Assembly: GCA_040755995.1 (NCBI GenBank)
Contig: JBFMAF010000029.1
Coordinates: 1-64,000, forward strand
DNA length: 64,000 bases
Source: Acidobacteriota bacterium
GTDB lineage: Bacteria > Acidobacteriota > CAIWXX01
Direction of reading: 5' to 3'
The translations under genes and the position numbers were made by a program. Every line of letters starts with the position of its first letter. Position 1 is the stretch's first letter. Below, in pieces: positions 58,649-64,000 of this stretch. The notes below the pieces were generated by a model. It had not been told where the DNA came from and searched no databases. It was given only the letters and a program-made list of their open reading frames with translations.

Positions 58649-59623
58649 GTGACTGCTCGTTGGGGATCGTGTGCTATCCCAGCGCGTCTGGCCGTTGCTG
58701 TCATCGCAGCGGTGTTCCTTGCGTGCGCAGGTTGTGGCAACACGCCGCCCTCGGCAACGAACGATCAAGCCATCATTGTGCTGCAAGCGTCGCCGTCGAA
58801 GGTGACTCCGCGGGGGCGTTCAACCATCATTGCCACAGGTATTAAGAAGACCGGAACTCCCATCTGGCCCGGCACCATCATTACGTTCACCGCCGACCGC
58901 GGCCGCATCGATCCTGCCGAGGGCGCGTTCGACGGCAACGGGCGTGCGGAGGTGACCTACTTCGCGCCTGACACGATCTGCACAGCGAATATAGACGCCA
59001 GTTCGGGCAGCGTGGATATCGCGGCGATCACGATCGAAGTCGGCTCGGCCGCGAGCTCGGTAGTGCTGACGGCCAGCCGCACATCGCTTCCGGAAACGGG
59101 CGGAACCGTCACGCTACGGGCGATGGCTTACGATGAAAGCAGCAACCCGGTGGCAAGAACGCCGATCGTGTTCACTGCAACTTCCGGCGTGTTGAGCTCG
59201 GGGGGCCGGCCGGTCTTGACGAACGCATCAGGCGTTGCCAAGGATCGACTCACGACGTCAGCCGACGCCACGGCAGTTGCATATTCAGGGTCGGTCGCGA
59301 GCGGCGAGGTCCAGATCACCGTCGAGGAGCCCCTGCCGAACGAACCGCCAACCGCGGACTTCGTGTACTCGCCACAAAGCCCAGTGACAGGGCAGAAGGT
59401 GTACTTTAACGGTGATGTCTCCTCCGATCCAGACGGTCGCATAGTGACGTGGCAATGGGACCTTGGCGACGGTACGACAGCATACGGCAGGCGGACGAGC
59501 CATTCCTATATCACCGCGGCAACGTATGCGGTCGTCCTCTGTGTCACTGATGAGGACGGAGCCCGCGACTGCCAATCGTATGACGTGGTTGTCGCCGAGC
59601 CCGCGGCCGCTGCCGCGAGGTAG
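58649..59623 (+). CDS. lipoprotein with Ig-like (Big-1) and PKD domains
   Basis: Lipobox-like LACAGC; PTADF..FNG..SSDPDG.I..W.WDLGDG PKD motif; start uncertain. Confidence 0.8.
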   Translation: MTARWGSCAIPARLAVAVIAAVFLACAGCGNTPPSATNDQAIIVLQASPSKVTPRGRSTIIATGIKKTGTPIWPGTIITFTADRGRIDPAEGAFDGNGRAEVTYFAPDTICTANIDASSGSVDIAAITIEVGSAASSVVLTASRTSLPETGGTVTLRAMAYDESSNPVARTPIVFTATSGVLSSGGRPVLTNASGVAKDRLTTSADATAVAYSGSVASGEVQITVEEPLPNEPPTADFVYSPQSPVTGQKVYFNGDVSSDPDGRIVTWQWDLGDGTTAYGRRTSHSYITAATYAVVLCVTDEDGARDCQSYDVVVAEPAAAAAR

Positions 59624-59626
59624 ACC

Positions 59627-60430
59627 ATGGATCGCACGTCCAGGCTCATCGTTCTGCTCGCGCTGCTGGCTGCGGCGATCACGCTGGCCTTCTCGCAGAA
59701 TCGTGCCTCAGTCCGACCCACGCAGAGGGCGCGCACGGCACCGAGGTATGTCCCGATGAAATCGGTGCCGGTGGTGCGAGGTTTGCCCGAAGCGCCGGCT
59801 GATCCTCCCGACAGGAGTGCCTCGCATCGCAATCCCTTCAAGTACGCCGACCAACCCGACACTCCGGCGTACGTACCACCTCCTCCGCCACCGCCGCCTC
59901 CGGAGATCAAGCCCGAGAGCCGGTTCCTCGGAACGATCTACCTTGGGGAGCCGATTGCTCTGTTCAGCCTCAAGAACGATGTCGTGCCGCTCAGGCAGGG
60001 GGAGGTTCTCGAGGAGAAGTACACGATCAGGCAGATCGAGTCCGAGTCGGTCGTCCTCGAAGACGCGCGGCATAAGAACACGGCGATGCTTTCGCTGGGG
60101 AAAAGCCGAGATGAACAACCATCGCGCGCAGAAGGTCGGGCCTGGCCGCCGCTTCACCGCATCCGCTGCGTGCCTCCTGGCGATCACACTGCTTCTCCCT
60201 TCCTGTGCCGCCAATCGGGCATACAAGGCCGGGCTGCGGGCGGAGCGGGCCGAGCGCTATGCGGACGCCATTCGGTACTACAGCGAAGCCACCGCGCGCA
60301 AACCAGAGGAACCGAGGTACCGCATGGCGCTTTCAACTGCGTTGATGAAGAGCTGCGAGGCGCACCTGAAGCGAGGCGAGGCGCTCGAGCGCGGCGGGGA
60401 GTACGAGCTCGCCTACCAGGAATTCCGTAA
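59627..60430 (+). CDS. PilP/GspC-like secretin accessory protein (3' end runs into the secretin gene)
   Basis: TM helix, RNPF, poly-Pro, FLGTI..GEVL..Y.I..IE.ESV; the protein-like sequence ends near 60110. Confidence 0.6.
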   Translation: MDRTSRLIVLLALLAAAITLAFSQNRASVRPTQRARTAPRYVPMKSVPVVRGLPEAPADPPDRSASHRNPFKYADQPDTPAYVPPPPPPPPPEIKPESRFLGTIYLGEPIALFSLKNDVVPLRQGEVLEEKYTIRQIESESVVLEDARHKNTAMLSLGKSRDEQPSRAEGRAWPPLHRIRCVPPGDHTASPFLCRQSGIQGRAAGGAGRALCGRHSVLQRSHRAQTRGTEVPHGAFNCVDEELRGAPEARRGARARRGVRARLPGIP

Positions 60431-62354
60431 TGCATTCGCTGAAAACCCCTGGAGCGACGTGGCTCTGCTCAAGCGCGATATGGTGCACAAGCTCCTTCTC
60501 GCGCGGGCCGCACCTGAGAAGACGCCGACGGAGGCGCCAATCGTATCACCACTGGCTCAGCTCCCCACCGAGCCAGTCAACTTGAAGCTCTCGGATGCCG
60601 AGCTCACAGAAGTCTTTGCATCGATCGAGCGTCTCACGGGCATCACGTTCATCTACGACGAGGCCTTCAAGAGCCGGAAGGTGACGGTGAACTTCCAGCA
60701 GACGAGCTTCCGCGAGGTGCTGGACCGGCTGATGCTGACGCAGCATCTCTTCTACAAGCTCATCGATTCGCGAACGATCCTGATTGCGAACGACACGGAG
60801 GCCAAGCGCGCTGAGTACGCCGAGCAGGCCGTGAAGACGTTCTATCTGCACAACGCGGAGGCCACGAAAGTGGCCGCGAACCTGAAATCGATGGTGGACT
60901 TGAATCGGGTGATGGTGAACCCGGAGCTCAAGGCGATCACGATCAAGGACAGCGCGGAGAAACTCGAGTTCGCACGGCGGCTGATCGAGAAGGAGGACAT
61001 GCGGCGGGCCGAGGTCGTCGTCGACATGGAGATTCTGGAGTTCAATAGGAACCGGCTGCGCCAGTATGGATTGGACTTTTCGAGCTACGCGGTCGGCGGA
61101 GCGATCGCTCTGGAGCCTGTCACGAAATTTCCAGAGGCAAGCCTCATACGCGGCCACATGCTGGGTCACATCGAGCTCTCGGACATTATCTTCTCCATAC
61201 CGTCGGTGATCTACCGGCTGCTGCGCACTGACACGCACACGCGGTTGATCGCGCGCCCGCAGCTCCGTGCGGCCGAAAGCGAGACTGCCGCGATCAAGAT
61301 AGGGGATCGCGTCCCGGTCCCCGTGACTACGTTCGTGCCCGTGGCGGGAGGAGGGGTGAATGACCAACCGATCACTTCCTTCCAGTACGTGGACATTGGC
61401 CTGAGCATCGAGCTCACTCCGGAGGTGCATTACAACGGGGAAGTGAGCCTGAAGTGCAAGTTCGAGCTCACGAGCATCGTGAGAGAGGGGACGGCGACGC
61501 TGCCGCCCACAATCGGCAACCGCACGGTGACCTCGACCATCCGGCTCAAGGACGGGGAGACGACACTGATAGCGGGCCTGATCCGGGACGAGGAGAGACG
61601 GAGCCGCAGCGGGTTGCCGGGCATATCGGATCTGCCCGTGCTGGGGCATCTGCTCGCGTCGAACCAGGAGACGCGGGACCAGACCGATTTGGTGTTCACA
61701 ATGACTCCGCACATCGTGAGGCTGGCGGAGGTAGGGGAGGAGGAGCGCCGCCCGATCTGGGTTGGAACGGAGAAACAGCTACGAATCTCAGAGGAGCCGC
61801 CACGATTTGTGGAGGTCGACAAGTCTCGGTCGCCGGTCGTGGGTGAAACCCAGCCAGAGACGACGCCGGCGCAGCCTCGCCCTCCCGGTGGAGCGCCGTC
61901 CCGTCCGGAGACGCCACCGACCCCACCGCATGAGGAACCGCGAACCGGGAACCGGGAACCTGAAACCATCCTGTTCGACCCGATGCAAGTGGTGGTGCCG
62001 TTGGGCCAGGAGTTCTCGATGCAGATCAGGGGACAGTCTTTCGAGCCGAATGCTCAGTGTTCGTTCCAAGTCGTCTTCGACCGGGCGATTCTTACACTGA
62101 TACGCATCGAGCCTGGCCGGAGGGTGGCGGACAGCTTCAGGAGCGACATGAGAAATGGCGTCGCCTGGATCAGCTTTGTGTCAGGAAAGGATTTCGATGG
62201 GGACGTCTGCAGCGTTGTGTTGACCGGCAAGGCGCCCGGGTCGACACAGCTCCTGATCGACGGCGCAAGCGTGATCGATGCCACGGGCACGCCATCGAAG
62301 GTGTCCTTTGTGCCTGCCTCCGTGCGCGTGGCGGGCGACCGGGGCTCGATATGA
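60111..62354 (+). CDS. GspD/PilQ-type secretin with N-terminal TPR and C-terminal cohesin-like domain
   Basis: Lipobox-like signal; LKDGETTLIAGL..GLPGISDLPVLG.L..DLVF.MTPHIV secretin motif. Confidence 0.9.
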   Translation: MNNHRAQKVGPGRRFTASAACLLAITLLLPSCAANRAYKAGLRAERAERYADAIRYYSEATARKPEEPRYRMALSTALMKSCEAHLKRGEALERGGEYELAYQEFRNAFAENPWSDVALLKRDMVHKLLLARAAPEKTPTEAPIVSPLAQLPTEPVNLKLSDAELTEVFASIERLTGITFIYDEAFKSRKVTVNFQQTSFREVLDRLMLTQHLFYKLIDSRTILIANDTEAKRAEYAEQAVKTFYLHNAEATKVAANLKSMVDLNRVMVNPELKAITIKDSAEKLEFARRLIEKEDMRRAEVVVDMEILEFNRNRLRQYGLDFSSYAVGGAIALEPVTKFPEASLIRGHMLGHIELSDIIFSIPSVIYRLLRTDTHTRLIARPQLRAAESETAAIKIGDRVPVPVTTFVPVAGGGVNDQPITSFQYVDIGLSIELTPEVHYNGEVSLKCKFELTSIVREGTATLPPTIGNRTVTSTIRLKDGETTLIAGLIRDEERRSRSGLPGISDLPVLGHLLASNQETRDQTDLVFTMTPHIVRLAEVGEEERRPIWVGTEKQLRISEEPPRFVEVDKSRSPVVGETQPETTPAQPRPPGGAPSRPETPPTPPHEEPRTGNREPETILFDPMQVVVPLGQEFSMQIRGQSFEPNAQCSFQVVFDRAILTLIRIEPGRRVADSFRSDMRNGVAWISFVSGKDFDGDVCSVVLTGKAPGSTQLLIDGASVIDATGTPSKVSFVPASVRVAGDRGSI

Positions 62355-62485
62355 TCCGTAGGTCTCAAGGCGCGGGAGTGCAGTGCCATGAGGGGTTTTT
62401 CTCTTGAATGACAAAGATTTCTTGATTCTCGTGACACTTGTAGACATGAGAAGGTAGGTTTCGAAATGGAGACGAGGATGGAGTG

Positions 62486-64000
62486 ATGGTCGACCAGTTT
62501 CGTAGATTGGGTCTTGCCGCAAAGATCGGAATCATATTCGTGTCGCTGGCGGTGCTGGCGGGATCATTGTACGGAGGGCGGCTGCTTCTGCTGCAGCCAT
62601 CGCAGACCCCGCCGAGTGCACTCAAAGGTGGGCCTCCGCAGTCGGTGACGATTCTCAGCGCTCACTGGACCCCGGCGTGGGTGTCGCCTCCGGCAGTGAC
62701 CACATTCACGGCGGAGGTAGTGGCGCGTGCGCCCCACGGGACCTTCGTGGTCCATGGGTTCCTGCGCCTGACGGACGGAGCCGGAAACCTGGTGCGCAGC
62801 TGGGCCGAGATAAAGAAGGTCAAGACTGATACCGGGGAGGAGCGGATTCTATTCAGTTGGACATTTGACGGAAATGACGGTCTTGGCCAGCCGGTGCCAG
62901 ACGGCGCCTATAGCACGGCCTTCGAGGTCCAGTTCAGAGGACAAAGAGCGACGTGGAGTGGGGTGGTCTGGCTAGATCGGCTGCCGCCCACTGTAGCAAT
63001 TGACCGACCCGAAGAAGGCCAGTTGACGGGAGCCTCAGTCGACGTCCGTGCAACGTGGGCGGACCCGCTCAGCGGGATAGACCCGAGCACAGGCAGCGTG
63101 ACTCTCGACGGCGCGCCTGTCAGTGGACTCCAGATCGATGCGAGTGGAGCTCGCGGGACGATCGAGGACATCGCCGGGGGGCAGCATACGCTCGTAGTGT
63201 CTGTGGCGGACTACGCCGGCAACACGGCCAGTGCGTCCAGGGAGTTCGTGACAGATCGCACGCCGCCTGCAATCACCATCCAGCAGCCCCGAGGGCAGAT
63301 CAACGGGCCGTCTGTGGCGATTGAGGTCGTGTGGTCAGATGAGGGCGGAGCCGGAATCGACTCCAGCAGCGGTGAGATACTGCTCGACGGCTCGGCGGTG
63401 TCCGGCCTCGCGATCGATGAGCAGGGCGCGAGAGGGACGCTCGAAGTTTCTCCAGGCGCGCACACGCTGAGCGCGTCAGTGAGCGACGAAGTCGGCAATG
63501 AGGCGACTGCGACGAGCGACTTCGAAGTCAGCGGCGGCCAACCCGGCGTTCAGAAGACCAGCATCGTCGGGACAGTAGCCGACTCGGCGGGCGCGACACT
63601 CTCCGACGTCGAAGTATCGAGCCCGGGCGCGAGCCAAACGGTTACCACCGACGCCGAGGGCCGTTTCGTGATCGAGCTGACCTTCGGCGGCACGCACTGG
63701 CTCACGTTCGAGAAAGAAGGCTACATCCCCGTGCAGCGCCCCGCCACCGTGCCCGAAGGGCAGCACTACAACGTGGGCGAAATCCGGATGGTTGCCGAGG
63801 ATCCCAACGTCACGACGATCGGCCCGGCAGGCGGCGCGGCGAGCAACTCGAGCGGTGACGTGGAACTGATAGTCCCGCCCGGGGCACTCTCGGAGCCTGT
63901 CGAAATTCGCCTGACTCACATTCCAACATCCAAGGAGCTACCGGGTCCGCTCAATGCGTCGGACAACGTACAGTACCCGATCGAATACACGTTCTGCGTA
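62486..64000 (+). CDS. large membrane-anchored or secreted Ig-domain protein, partial (possibly the N-terminus of an RHS/YD protein)
   Basis: Open frame to the window end (absent from the ORF track): TM, FlgD-like W.FDG.DG.G..VPDG.Y, repeated D..PP Ig units, carboxypeptidase-regulatory-like TDAEGRF, VPPGAL. Confidence 0.75.
   Translation, partial: MVDQFRRLGLAAKIGIIFVSLAVLAGSLYGGRLLLLQPSQTPPSALKGGPPQSVTILSAHWTPAWVSPPAVTTFTAEVVARAPHGTFVVHGFLRLTDGAGNLVRSWAEIKKVKTDTGEERILFSWTFDGNDGLGQPVPDGAYSTAFEVQFRGQRATWSGVVWLDRLPPTVAIDRPEEGQLTGASVDVRATWADPLSGIDPSTGSVTLDGAPVSGLQIDASGARGTIEDIAGGQHTLVVSVADYAGNTASASREFVTDRTPPAITIQQPRGQINGPSVAIEVVWSDEGGAGIDSSSGEILLDGSAVSGLAIDEQGARGTLEVSPGAHTLSASVSDEVGNEATATSDFEVSGGQPGVQKTSIVGTVADSAGATLSDVEVSSPGASQTVTTDAEGRFVIELTFGGTHWLTFEKEGYIPVQRPATVPEGQHYNVGEIRMVAEDPNVTTIGPAGGAASNSSGDVELIVPPGALSEPVEIRLTHIPTSKELPGPLNASDNVQYPIEYTFCV

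Noticed and set aside
1..64000. CRISPR array, rRNA, tRNA, prophage
   Set aside because: No regularly spaced repeats, cas genes, cloverleaf-like sequences or phage structural genes were recognised by eye.

Overview
GC-rich bacterial window, probably from an anaerobe. A TPR-secretin-cohesin gene and the L6 C-terminus weakly suggest Acidobacteriota. It has four zones. (1) 1-24.2 kb is an accessory hotspot downstream of the bam operon, with many toxin-antitoxin modules and spliced gene fragments (ImmA, rplF, gldA, a BamHI-type methyltransferase, AbiE, IS66). It also holds two extra copies of the bamI region, a CHAT-STAND-TPR protein, a DUF3800 gene with a candidate antisense RNA, and an intact unannotated three-gene operon that looks like COMMD-like + HEAT-repeat + permuted papain-like peptidase. 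(2) 24.2-34.9 kb is a complete class II (tungsten) benzoyl-CoA reductase operon bamBCDEFGHI; bamF has an in-frame UGA (selenocysteine) and a SECIS-like hairpin. (3) 40.3-47.4 kb is an azole-RiPP (TOMM/LAP) cluster whose Cys-rich precursor carries a twin-arginine signal peptide, with a B12 radical SAM, an E1-like partner, YcaO, SagB, an extra ThiF and a convergent secreted S8 peptidase. (4) 48.9-64 kb holds a thiolase, glutaryl-CoA dehydrogenase, Mo-cofactor genes, a three-subunit molybdoenzyme with no Tat signal, a CoA-transferase, a secretin locus and the start of a large Ig-domain protein. No rRNA, tRNA or CRISPR array was seen. All calls are from motif recognition by eye; no database searches were run.
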